Of a DNA stretch of 64,000 nt, positions 1 through 12,035 are shown piece after piece. The stretch lies in assembly GCA_977030845.1 (NCBI GenBank), contig OZ365113.1, forward strand, positions 15,500,001 to 15,564,000, given 5' to 3'. Source of the DNA: Fimbriosthenelais zetlandica (taxonomy: Eukaryota). The notes under the pieces were generated by a model. The model searched no databases. It was given only the letters and a program-made list of their open reading frames with translations, and was not told where the DNA came from. Both the position numbers and the translations under genes were made by a program. Every line of letters begins with the position of its first letter. Within the stretch, counting starts at the first letter, position 1.

Positions 1-1
1 T

Positions 2-1015
2 ACTGGAGAATACATCTTGCTAGTGGTTGACGGATACTCTAGATACCCAGAGGTGGAAATTGTTTCAACAACAGCAGGATCCATAGTAATACCGGCATTC
101 GAGAAAATGTTTGCCACCCATGGAATTCCAGTTAGGCTAAAGACTGACAACGGACCGCCATTTAATAGCCACTCATTCAACGAATTCTCTGAGGAGAAAG
201 GGTTCAAACACGTCAAAATCACGCCACTTTGGCCAGAAGCAAACGGCCAGGCAGAAAGTTTTATGAGAAACCTATCAAAAGTTGTGAAAACGTCACACGC
301 GGAAGGTAAGAACTGGAAGCGAGAATTATACACATACGTTGCTAACTATAGAGCAGCACCGCACCCCAGCACGGGGAAAAGCCCGTATGAGCTGTCCATG
401 AACCGGAAAGTCAGAGGGAAATTAGTGACAGCACCGGATGAAGTATCAGACGACAACGTCAGACTAACTGATTACCACGCAAAATTGAGAATGAAGCAAT
501 ATGCGGACGACCGGAGGAAAACAACCCCACACGAGATAACAATAGGGGACACAGTATTAGTGCGACAACGGCATGAAAACAAGCTGTCAACACCGTACAG
601 CATAATACCGCATCAAGTAGAGGATGTCAAAGGATCTATGATCACGGCACGAAGCCTAGCCGACGGAAAACCCATCACCCGAAACAGCTCTCATTACAAG
701 AGAATCATGAGACAGATCGACCATAACAGATATTATATATCACCTGATGAGGACTCAGACCTAGAAGGGGATATACAGGAAGAAGCAGCAGGCCCCACAC
801 CTGAACTTGAAGAACCGTCTATGCCTATGGGTAGAGAAAGCCCTAAAACACCCCGGAAGACCCCAATAACGCCCAAACAAACACAAAATGTGACTACCGA
901 GCCACGTGCGTCAAACCGAAGGGACACACCCGAAAAAGGGGGAGAAACTGTGGTTAAGTCATATTCAGGGAGAACCATAAAGAAACCAATATGGCTAAAG
1001 GACTATGTAACCTAG
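2..1015 (+). CDS. Retrotransposon Pol C-terminus: integrase core plus C-terminal region; 5'-partial
   Basis: Frame is open from the window start (TGEYILLVVDGYSRYPEV). DDE triad: VVD, KTDNG and GQAE, with exactly 35 residues between the second D and E. Ends in the Gypsy-type tail SGRTIKKPIWLKDY. No chromodomain seen. Confidence 0.93.
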   Translation, partial: TGEYILLVVDGYSRYPEVEIVSTTAGSIVIPAFEKMFATHGIPVRLKTDNGPPFNSHSFNEFSEEKGFKHVKITPLWPEANGQAESFMRNLSKVVKTSHAEGKNWKRELYTYVANYRAAPHPSTGKSPYELSMNRKVRGKLVTAPDEVSDDNVRLTDYHAKLRMKQYADDRRKTTPHEITIGDTVLVRQRHENKLSTPYSIIPHQVEDVKGSMITARSLADGKPITRNSSHYKRIMRQIDHNRYYISPDEDSDLEGDIQEEAAGPTPELEEPSMPMGRESPKTPRKTPITPKQTQNVTTEPRASNRRDTPEKGGETVVKSYSGRTIKKPIWLKDYVT

Positions 1016-1268
1016 CAGATATGAAGTATTCCCAGAAGAAACCAATACGACATATTCTCAGACAGAGACAATAGCATATTATCACTAATAAATATTATTC
1101 GCAGATATTATCCCAATTATAAGTTAATATAGAGCTGCAGAAACAAAGCGAAGAGAAAGAAGGACATTTACAAGTACTCTACCAAAGAAGCTCAGAGACT
1201 GATCATTCCAGAAAAAACATAAACTAACTTTCGTTTATTACTCAGCATAACCGATTTATCTTTCTTTT

Positions 1269-1282
1269 AAGAAAAGGAGAAA
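1269..1282 (+). other. Polypurine tract (plus-strand primer)
   Basis: AAGAAAAGGAGAAA lies directly 5' of TGTAACA. Confidence 0.8.
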
Positions 1283-1408
1283 TGTAACATCCAGATACTA
1301 AACTAAGTAAACCAATGTTGTGCTAACCGAATACTAAACTAACGTTCATGAGCAACTCTGTATACTCCTATCCGCCATCTTGAACAACTCCAATAAACAC
1401 CACCAACA
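1283..1408 (+). repeat. Putative short 3' LTR (~126 bp)
   Basis: Starts TGT right after the PPT; AATAAA at 1392-1397; ends ...CCAACA; internal 12-bp direct repeat ATACTAAACTAA at 1295 and 1331. The right boundary cannot be confirmed without the 5' LTR. Confidence 0.6.
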
Positions 1409-4400
1409 TCTACTCTAAATCTTTACTCAATCAAACTCTCAAACTATATAGGCATCTTTCCCTTTGGTGTTCTTCACTAAGTATTAAACACGTACATGTA
1501 AGAATAGGCCTACCAAACCTCCTGGAGTTGAAAGACTCAAAAAGAAATATAACATGGACTTAAAGTCCTACCAAATGAACTACCATCAGGATGAAAGCAA
1601 ACGCCTGAATCCGACACGAGGGGCACACATATTGAATACTTCTTTCATTACAGCTCAAAATAATGACGTTTGATCATCGCTGTTGGCATTCGTTATTGAT
1701 CAGTGGTTCTATTCATGATTATGAGTTAAGAGTTTGCTTGTCATAGCATCGCATGTACTGGCAGGAACAGTCGATGATAAAATACATCAATGGTGAAGGA
1801 TCAGCCACACTTTCATCCCTTTGGATTGAAATTGAGGTTTGTTGCCAGTGGTTCCTTGTTTGCTTGGGTCATTTGAAAAGGTCAATGCAACTTTTAAAAC
1901 ACCATGATATATTAACAACAAGGGGATTCTGACACCTGCTGCTGGGTCATGCCACGATAAAGCTTGCATATATCCTATTGGCCCTTGAATTCCATGGATA
2001 AAGCGCATCTATTCTTTGGAGAGCCACAAATCCTTGAATAATTCAATGCTACGGACATGCTATAGGTAGCCAATTTCCCCATATCATGTAGGAAATCGTG
2101 TACATAAATATTAACTTGTAAGTTTTATTATATTAGATCATTGTTTTTCCTTACTGTATTTTTGTCAAATATATGTATACGTATAGATCCTTTATTTCCT
2201 TGTTGGCCTTTTACGTTTTACAAGACCGAAGTTTACAAAAAAAATGTTATGGGTTAATGTGATATTCATGACACGAGTTATTGCTCACTTCTTCTATAAG
2301 ATGTTCTTATAACCATAAGGCATTTTTTGAAGTAGATTTCATTAATCTAATCATTTAAGAGTAACAAAGGCAACTAAGATGCACCAAACACTCTATCACG
2401 CCGAGTGATGTTTTCGTCCTTACCTTTTTCAGGCAAGGTGCTTAGTGTACTAGAAACCCGCATAGTCTCTTTCTATACCCCAGAAGGGCAAATCCCAGAG
2501 GCAAGCAGACATGCGACTGCCAATCGCTCATATACCTGTAGTGCACAAATACAAGGAAGCCCTTTAACATCATCGATTCTCGTCTGAATAATTGACGATC
2601 TAGTTCCTCATGCTGCTGTTCAGACTGAAACCAAGCGTTGCAGGCATGAGCATCAGTCCTATATACTGTGATGTGTGACGGATCAGGCGGGATGGCACCC
2701 CGAAACCTTAGACACATTACATGGCCTGTCACTTCTGCCATGCTGGTATATAGACCACCGGACATCAGCAATGCTCACTCACTGTCCACAAGACATGGTC
2801 CATTTCAAACCCAGAGAATACTTCAGATGATTGAGTATCATAGATCTATAATCTATATTGAGATAAGACAGGACAACATTCAACATAAGAGAAATTATTA
2901 TGTCGCTTTGTATCCCAAGTATGTATAATTCATCAACATTGTTAAACTTCAGCCATAGTAATTGTCTCAAGTATATATAGAACATACGGTGATTGTTCAA
3001 CGTGATCGAATTTCCCATTATTTTCCCACTTCAAATATCAAGCATAATAATGAAGAAACTCAAGGAACGACATGAACCATTGATACCCTATTGTCCAGGG
3101 CACAAAACAACACGATCCGTCCATCTGATATGAGATCTGAAGAGTTATTGCACGAGATCAAATATCTATGAAAACTGACAACAGCTATACAATATACAAC
3201 CATTGAGACTATGTCGCACTTTTACAACTATTTTAAAATCTCGTGTTTGAAGTGACAAACACTGAATAAGTAATCGTAATTCATTGATGCAGTTGAAACT
3301 AAGATAACAGCAAAAGATTTTTGAATATGTACACACAGTCATATACAAATTCTGAGAATATATGGCTTTTTTGGACAAAATGGAATGAAATGTCCCTAAT
3401 GTTGAATATATTAATCAATTGTTATCTATCAGGGAGCTGCACTTGCCCAATGGATGATCTACAAACAGTCCCTATCTATAATCGGTGCAGATATGGCATA
3501 TCAATTTCACCAGGGTTTTCCACCAGTGTGTCATTGTGATTTTTAACAGTTAGCCCTGAGATAAGTGGCCAACGATGCCCAGGTTGGGTGCCAGCCAGAA
3601 GCAGCTTTTGTGAGAGGAAATAGACTCAAAGCCGAGTCAACTAAGTCCTTGGCAATGCTGCTGTACTTTATAGCTCATTATTGATAAGGTAAATAGTTGA
3701 ATCGCGCCATAATTCACGAATGGAGACTAATATGATCACAAACTCCAACCATGTAAAGCTACCAGCCATATAAGGTTCTGAATAAAGGAGATCTGGGACA
3801 GACATTTAATGATTAAAATCAACCACTGGCAATACCTCTGTCTTTGGGGGCAGCTTATCGGTATCACATGCAAAGAAAGTTATGTCCCTTCTCAAAATTC
3901 ACCCATAAATCTTGAATTACTGTGCTACAGCTCTATCTAATTGTGTTTCTTGGTTTTTACAAGCAATATCACATTCCTGTGCAACTGTGTGCCTATTCAC
4001 AACGTCCTCCAAGAATAGCAGAGGGAACAAATGAGGGTATAAGATTGCAAGAAGTCGCCAAGGCTGTTTATGGGCATAATTTAAAGGCAATAGATATTCC
4101 CATTTTCAATTCGGAAAGAAACAATGACTGAATAAGCTAAATTGATTTTCTGTCTCTGAAATGAGGCATTTAGAAATTAAGAGGTGGAAGATCAGAGTAT
4201 CAGATGGCAGAGGGAGGCACAGCGACAGGCGGCATAATGTGGTGGCTGAAGCAGCAGCTTTCTAATCGACACTTTTTACTTGCAGTTTCACTATAGTAAC
4301 GCTTGTCTTCTCGGTGTGTTGAAGAAACCCAGATTAATTTGAGTACACAAAACAAGAACATACATGAAGATAAAGGGCTTGCCCTTGGAATTGTTCAAGG

Positions 4401-7400
4401 TTCCATTGATAATTTACACCTACAGTTCATTTAGTAATTTAAGGTAAAGTTCACAGTATTTTCTTTATAGAAATACAACCCATAAGGGGGCTTTCCAACC
4501 ATTAGCTGGAGACAAGCTATAAATCGAGTTTGGAGAATGGCAAAAAGACAAAAAGAAGTCATGAATATTTAACTAGTGCAATCTTGGTCGGAGACATAAA
4601 CAAGAATGGCAGTGATCTTTTTGGGCGTTGGAGTGAGTCAACACACCAAAATAGTGTGTTCAAATTGTCATATCAGAATCGAGCTCGTCTCATAGTTAAT
4701 AAATTCAAGAAAAGTTAGTACGAGTGAATCTAAGATCCATAGTCCAATTGATCTGGTAGTAGCTGAGAATCTCCTCGATCACTCCTCTCCCTTAACCCTT
4801 ACATATATCATGAACTACAAATGTGGAACTGCCCCGTTCTATACCAATTGAGTTTCGCTCACTATATCCAACAACAAGGAGGTGAGATTAACCAGGATAT
4901 ACCAGGATGATCCAGAGGAAATCCTCCCTGCTAAACCATGGTAACCCATTAATCTATATACAGCTGCCTTCAGTGGCCTTTGTTACTGGCAGTGGCAGTC
5001 CGGCCACGCTTTAATACCTAGAATCCGCAGCGGGGTGAGACATAGACATTCAAACAAAGCGTACTATCATCCCCCAGGATTAGGTGGATTAGATGCCGTA
5101 GAACTGCCGTTTTAATATTATTTTAATCCAGCAGTATCAAAATTGAAATATGCCATTGATATGAACAATACATATTCGACATCTGTTTTTGCCATATTAG
5201 GCCTACAATGAATTTTTCGTAGTATTATTCTGGTAATGTTAGGTTTTTAAAGGTCCAAGGGCACAGTTGGAAGTGTATAGGCGGATTGATGCACATTCAA
5301 ATGCTATAGGTCATCATATAACAGAATGGGTGTCTTTTTGGCCGGCCAGTGACCTTTCACCAACTATTTACTGTAATAAAATTCGAGCAAGAATATTTGG
5401 GCCCAGTTATTTGAAATCTCGTATTACATGCAGAACATGCGCAGATGGTGAAATCCAGCCTGGTCAGACGGTGGTGAATTCTCATTAATAAGCAGGAGGC
5501 TGGCCCTCCTGTCACGTTGGTGAAAGGTGGCATTAGCCTGCTCCACAAACTGTCCTCTCCAACTCGCCAACTCTTCCACACTTTCTAACTTAGTATCGCT
5601 AGTGGACAGGGCATAACTGACATGCCTTACAACTAGGGAGGCTAAGCATGACTTGAGAACCAAGCACTCATCCTATGGCATGCATAAAGAATGTCCTTTC
5701 TGGAGCATGATTTGCCAACTCAACAAAATGTAAAGTATTCATAATCTTCCGCAATATATTGTGGAAGTCAAATTATCTTCATCACATTCTCTGAAACTTT
5801 ATATTATGTAGGCCTACTTGATATTTTAGTCAGTAAACTTTGTGATTGAACAAATTAAAATAGGTTGGTGCTCGCAATATTTGTATTGAAAGCAAGTGAG
5901 GATTCTGCAATTCATCCAGTATTCTATGGCTTAAGAGCAAAAATGAGGGCATAGCATGCCTCCTAAGTGGATAATTCCTAATACTTTCAAATCATTAAGT
6001 TCTAAATGATATGATTGGTTAGTGATTGAGCAGCTCCTTCTTTATCCAGTGCATTACCATGCCATTCCAGTGCGCCATCAGCAGCAGTTGAATATCGCAT
6101 TTGTTGGGTTAATTAAAAAACTTATGCTCTAAGTGCTTTAATTGCTCTAGGACGTGTCGTGGACCCTGTAGGAATGGGATTATTGCCTGATAAAGCAGCA
6201 CTCTTGCTACATTGCCATTTGAATGATTATGAAAAAGGTAGATGAATTTACCCTGCCTTATTCCATTCCCCATGACTACACTGATTTCTCATACTGGCGA
6301 AATCTAAGTTGGTACATTGACTATACTTTAAATAAAAGCTGTCTTAATAATAAAGTTACATTCCACTAATTGTCTTTGTGGAGTCCAGATAGTCCCTATC
6401 GTTTATATTGGACCTTATTTCATACACCTCTCCTTAATACATCTCAATTATGAGATATAATGGTGTGAATATTGATATGGGACCCACATTATAAACACCA
6501 CTTGTAATGAACACACCTGACAGTGGACGGATGCCAATGATACAAGACCTCTTCTATTATGTAGGAGAAACTGGCACATATCAAGGACATCTATAAGCTT
6601 AGGATACACTAGACTGTCAGGACTTCTTAACTCGGTTAGGTACAAATGTATTGGATCATTTGAACAGATGCTTTGACCGAAATGTTTCCCTACAAAGCCA
6701 TGCTCACGTACCAAATCCATAAAATCTTCCTTCAATAAAGCCAGTCCATGTTTTTCTCCATGTAGTAAACCACCTCCTAATCTTATTGGGTTTACATTAG
6801 CTACCTCCACTGTTCCCCTCACCCTTCTTCATTGCCATCGACCCAGATTCATATACTACTTTTTGTTCGTTTAATCTTCAGCCTTTAATCACTTTGCCTT
6901 CTCCTATAGGCTTGTTTCAATTGCTTCCTATGTTCATTATGCTTTTACTATCACGTCTCCTTCTATTTTGCCCCCAACAGTGCGCTTAATATAAGCCTAC
7001 GTAAGACCCTGGCTCCACCCCTGATCATTGGAATATCATCCTTGCCCACCATCTTCAGTCCAGACACCCTGGCAGACAGTAAAGCCTCAAAACAAAGATC
7101 CCTGCTGCCGGCTCTTCCTCCTGTAAACCACTTCTGGAAGCCTTAATGAACATCAAACAGATCCTCTTCATCTCTCTTATCTCATCATCTTCACCCTTAT
7201 GGGCGTGTCCCTACAAGGCACCTCATCTAGTGCCTTAAGTTGTGCATGACATTATCTTGTATTATCGATATTCCTTAAATGATTGACTATATATATGGGC
7301 TAGCTTATATTATTGCCTCTGATGGGTCCGCAGATATCCCTTATTTTAATATTTTTTTCAACAACAAAAAGTGAGTATTGAGGGCCAAATTATATTCTCA

Positions 7401-10400
7401 TCTTTACAGGATTTCAAATTAGATTGCTGGCTTTGCACGTTCTACATTAACATGTATATTTAATGTCAATGTCCTGATACGGTTGCAATACCATCTCTAT
7501 AGCTGTACCCAGTGAGATACACAGCTGCAGGCTCCTCCAGTCGTCAATAGGATGTGCGTGTGTGTTGGGGTGGGTGGATAATTGATGTTAAGCACCTCCT
7601 ATTGCTGTATGGGTACTACAAAGGACCTCATTAGCCTAGGTCTCCTATGTGACCCAGAACTGGTTGAGCAGTTCCCCTCATGTCCCTCTTTGCGGCTCAG
7701 GGGGTTTATATCCCAGACTAATATTCAAAATTATTATTTTTTCATGTGTGCATGAGGACCCGGGGGTAAGTAGTCCATCCCCAGGAGTTCATTCGAAACT
7801 TAAGGAATAATTGTTGAATCTAACCAGTCTGCAGTATAGAATGTTCGTCGTTGTGAGTTATTGCCTCGTGTAATTGATATGGACTAATTCTGCAAGGCAG
7901 CATGCCCATCTATAGGACTAACACAGACAATCTAATTTTATTTGCAGCTTTTATCTGTACTGTTGCATGCATATGGTCAGTTCCGTGGTGGTAATCAACG
8001 CTGTAGAAAACAGATCTTTGGGATGAGAGATAATGACTGTGGCTTTCTCCACGATCAAATATAGAAGGGGAGATAGGCTATATAGGCCTACATAGTCAGT
8101 GTAAGGCATATTCAATGTATGGTTGGCCAATGTGAATATATAGAGGCTGATAATCGTATTCGCACCCTTGCTTATAGCTTTTCCAACAATGAGCCACGTG
8201 CCTCAAACCTATAGTGTATAATATGTAGACTGACATGGGAGTACCATGAATGACAACCATTTTCGTATCGCAGCACCTGTAAAGTGTTGTGAAAATGACC
8301 CATGGTTCAGCTGGGATCCATGAAAAAACCGGAAGCTGTATTTGATGGCACTGAAAGCTATGCCTGCATCATCGTCCACTTCCGGAGAAGTAGGCCTTCT
8401 GTGCATAACGCAATTGTTCTAGTTCCAAATGGCAGACAGCCAGCCAGACTAGTAAAAAGAACAATAAAATCTTTCGAGTCTTCATCAGTTTACTTTCATT
8501 TTAAAAAGACGATGTCTGCAGTTAATCGAATGCACGAGTGAAATATTATCCTCTGGGAAAGACAAAATTCCCCACTGAATAAAGAATGACGTTCGAATTT
8601 GGGAATAAAATTATTACAGATAAAAGATTATCTGAAGTGCATTAACGTAGTGAATACATAGGCCTTGTCAACATTTCCTCTCAAGTAATGATCAATCATT
8701 GCAGATGAAAATAGTTGATGGTAAAATAGATGATTGTATATAATGCTCTCAGACACTCAGAATAAAAAGCTTCTATACACTTAGCCTTCCAAGCCGACAA
8801 AGTGGAATAAAGTTCCATCCATCCTACTTGATGGATGCAGACCATGGGAAACGCGAGGTACTCTGCCCTCTGTATTTAGCTACTGTATTTGAACTCTGGC
8901 CTTTCTGAACAGGGGACGTATTCAGTACATCTCCCTTCAGGCATTATATACTCTCCCGGGGTTTCCTGTCCTTAATGGGAATGAAACCTTTGGTCATAAT
9001 TATTGGGGATAAGGGGGTTAAAACAAACCATTATAAATAGAGAATTCAGAAGACAAGATTTAAAGATTATGGAACGTCTGTACTCTGGAAAAGGAACTGA
9101 TATACATGTATGTGTCTACAGGCTTAATAACAGATTTTTGAAAAAATGCTTTGAAAAACAAAGTATTTGTTGCACTTACCTGCCAAAAGCAGAAGAAAAC
9201 AATGCTTTAAGCTCAAGGTTGAAATATAAGGAGAAGAGAGATTCGGTAATTAGTATGCTCATCTATGCTGCATTAAGTACAAATAGTGTGCAATTATTCC
9301 ACGATCCTACTGCATGTCCGTTGTGTTATCGATCACTTAAGCAGAAACAAAGACGAAAGTTCTCCTTCCTTGTAAAATTACTGTTCATGTCTCAGTCGTC
9401 ATTATGTCTGTCTCACAATTCATCTCCAGTCTGCAGGAGATAACTCCCAAGAGCCTTCTCTATGGCCTACCTTCCTGGGTTCGATTTCTTGCATGCACCA
9501 GATCAAAAGTCCTTTCCTTTCTCATTTCCAGGTCCCCTATGGTGACGAAAGTAAGACTATTATGGATTTCTGTCAATGGGATTAGTAGGCTGCCTCGAGG
9601 TGCGTTTTAATTCCAGGATTACAAAGGTAAATTTCATTATCTGACATCAAAGGCAACCTCGGCAAACTTTGTCGTCTTCTTACAAAGTATGATAGTCATA
9701 ATCCTTTACAGACTAAAACGTAAGGCTGTAAATATTTTTCAGCCTTGTCTTATAGAATACCGCAGATTTAACAATTTTTTCAAAGAGGGTGTATACATAG
9801 GCCTACATGTATTCATAGGGCCTATACATATGGATCACTAGTTTGAGGAGCATATCAATGTGTCTTGCACTCAACACCCTTCAACTTTGAGAACAATGCT
9901 TTTAAACGTATTGATCCATTAAGATGTCACTTCGATGCATTTCAATGATATTAATGTCAGTGGTATGCTTCTGAGATGGAACTACACACTTCCATGCCTT
10001 TCTTCTCTAAACAAAGTGCACTTTCAGCATTTTCACCTGTCAACATATACCACACTTTAGGGCCTAGATAGTTCTCTGAATAAACTCTTTGTTGAGCATC
10101 CGGTCCCTTTGTGTAGTCCGTTGGATATGTCACCTTGTCGTGTAGGTGACACGGGTACAGTAGCCTATATAAGTTAACTCGTGCGGAGTAGCTCTACTTG
10201 TTGTCCTTATTAATCCACAAGTCTCAGATTACTAGTGTCTATTGTCGTGTTTTCTTGTGTTATGACAATTGAAATACAGGTATCTGTAGCCTACGGTATT
10301 TTGGTTCCCACCTCGTTCACCATCCTTTCACGCGTTATGTTGGCTGGCAGAGGCTTTGGCCTTATATACCAATTCACTTGCCACAATCCCTGTTGCCCAT

Positions 10401-10799
10401 GCATTCAAAAACAGCAAACCTAGCCCTCCATGCAGCGTCCTTAACGTGCAACTGTTCATTCATGAATGCATCTAGCTGGCCACTTGACCACGAGGCCAGC
10501 TGTAGGTTAGGGAGTCCCTATACCACGCCCACTAAGGCTGCTGCTTCCCTCCTCCAGTAGCTCATAGGCCTACTTGTCTCAGGCCCTTGGCTTCCCGGTA
10601 GTTTCCACATCCAGTGTTTACCCTACGGTTAGTGGTGTAAGCGCGCGCCTGAGTGAGAGAAGGGAAACTGGACAAGCAGGAGAGAATCCGACCACCTCAA
10701 AGGTCGCCTGCGCTGAAGCTTCAACTCCCTATACTACGCCTGCTAGTAGCCTACTCCTGGTTTAAACCATCTGCTCATGATCAGCTCTGAACACAGTTG

Positions 10800-11120
10800 C
10801 GCCACGTGGTGGCAAACCAGTAAAACATTGGTGTCTCTTCCGGTGAACACTTAGTTCACGTCCTGGCCGCCTATTTGCATGACGCTGCCTACTGCTTCTG
10901 AGATTTGTCAACTGAGAAATCCGTTGTTGACCGTAGGCTACTATCAGCATGCTTCAAACAAAAGCAAGAAAAAACAATAATTATTGTGGATTTATTGATA
11001 TTTTTTTGCATGAAATATAATTATTAAAACAGGATTGAAATGCATTCATTAAAGCTAGTCCCGAAACGGAACTGCCATGCCACCTTTTGACGAGAGGGAG
11101 AACTTCCGGAAATTTCCCAA
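10800..11120. promoter_or_regulatory. Candidate TBK1 upstream regulatory region
   Basis: E-box CACGTG 10803-10808, ETS CTTCCGG 10837-10843, octamer ATTTGCAT 10873-10880, and ETS ACTTCCGG 11102-11109 overlapping the palindromic kB-type site GGAAATTTCC 11108-11117. Motif evidence only. Confidence 0.4.
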
Positions 11121-11996
11121 GTGTGTTGTCGAATCCAGGAAGCAGAAAAGTCAGGATTAAGAACCGTTATTTCCATTGAACACGGCTGATGGTTGATAGC
11201 ATAGGTAGGCAGGTAGTATCTTCATCATCTATATGTTGGATTTTAACAATATTGTTACCATATAACAAATTATTCTCTTGCCAAACGTTCCGTTTGTGCA
11301 TAGACCGTCAAGCACGATCACAAATCCTTCTATTATCGCTCAGTCCGTAGATAACTATTTTGTTCACTATTTATCGTACAATGGTGAAAATAAACATTGG
11401 GATTTGTGTCTAATAAGTGAGAATGTATTACCAGGAGCACTTAAACCCTATTTTCAAGAAGAAATAGCCGGACATTCTTGATTGTGATTGTCCCTGCATT
11501 TTCAAGGTTCGTGACTCATGTTCAGACATAGGCTAGACATGGGTGTAGGCCTAACAGGCTACGCCTACGGTACACATGCAGGGTTCCAGCAACAGTTCGC
11601 ATTTGTCGAATAAAATAATTGGTTTGGCGGCTATTGCCATGCAGTTGGTTACAAACTTTGCTACTTGTTTTGGTTATTGACAGCGTGGAGGTAAAAGATA
11701 TATTTATGTAAAATCGGTGTGATATAGTTACAAAATTTTCTAAATACAAAGCTACCCGGTACGCGGGTTCGACGCACAGGACGGGTCTTAGCTTTTACAC
11801 ACGCAACAGACGCTCGGTTGTGTAGGGGGGGGGGGGTTGGTACATATGAGACATACCAGTTTTGCCTTACCCATGAACCAGGGACGGATCCATCTATTTG
11901 ATCCCTATCTTGACTTGTGACAAGTTTTTTTTAAGGTAATTTTGTGTTTTCAACTCGCAGGTGAAGATTGTGAAAGTGACGAGAGAGGGAGAGACC

Positions 11997-12008
11997 ATGT
12001 TTAGCTAG
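11997..12008 (+). other. Minimal upstream ORF (Met-Phe-Ser-stop) in the TBK1 leader
   Basis: ACC ATG TTT AGC TAG, downstream of a strong acceptor (TGTGTTTTCAACTCGCAG ending at 11960) and 27 nt before the main ATG. Confidence 0.55.
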
Positions 12009-12035
12009 GAGTTAATTCACCAGCCGCCTCTCACC

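Larger units (their letters stand above)
1..1408 (+). mobile_element. 3' portion of a Ty3/Gypsy LTR retrotransposon (integrase, PPT, 3' LTR), truncated by the window edge
   Basis: Integrase ORF, then a ~250-nt 3' UTR, a polypurine tract and a TG...CA-bounded segment containing AATAAA, in the canonical order. Confidence 0.9.

Noticed and set aside
733-978. 81-aa antisense ORF within the integrase tail
   Set aside because: Shadow frame of a real coding sequence.
2405-2928. ORFs containing VYRPP and PPDPSH-like words
   Set aside because: VYRPP resembles a LINE endonuclease motif, but the flanking GGGV and GDFN motifs are absent at the expected spacing.
9427-9500. tRNA-like look (GGGTTCGATT, ending CCA)
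   Set aside because: Stems pair poorly, there is no credible anticodon arm, and no match to a tRNA family was recognised.
9930-10560. Coding-looking minus-strand fragments (LYPCHLHDKVTYPTDY..., LDAFMNEQLHVKDAAW...)
   Set aside because: Interrupted by stops, no recognisable domain, and no consistent splice chain.
11760-11790. CGCGGGTTCGACGC B-box-like word upstream of TBK1
   Set aside because: No A box or cloverleaf; too short to call.
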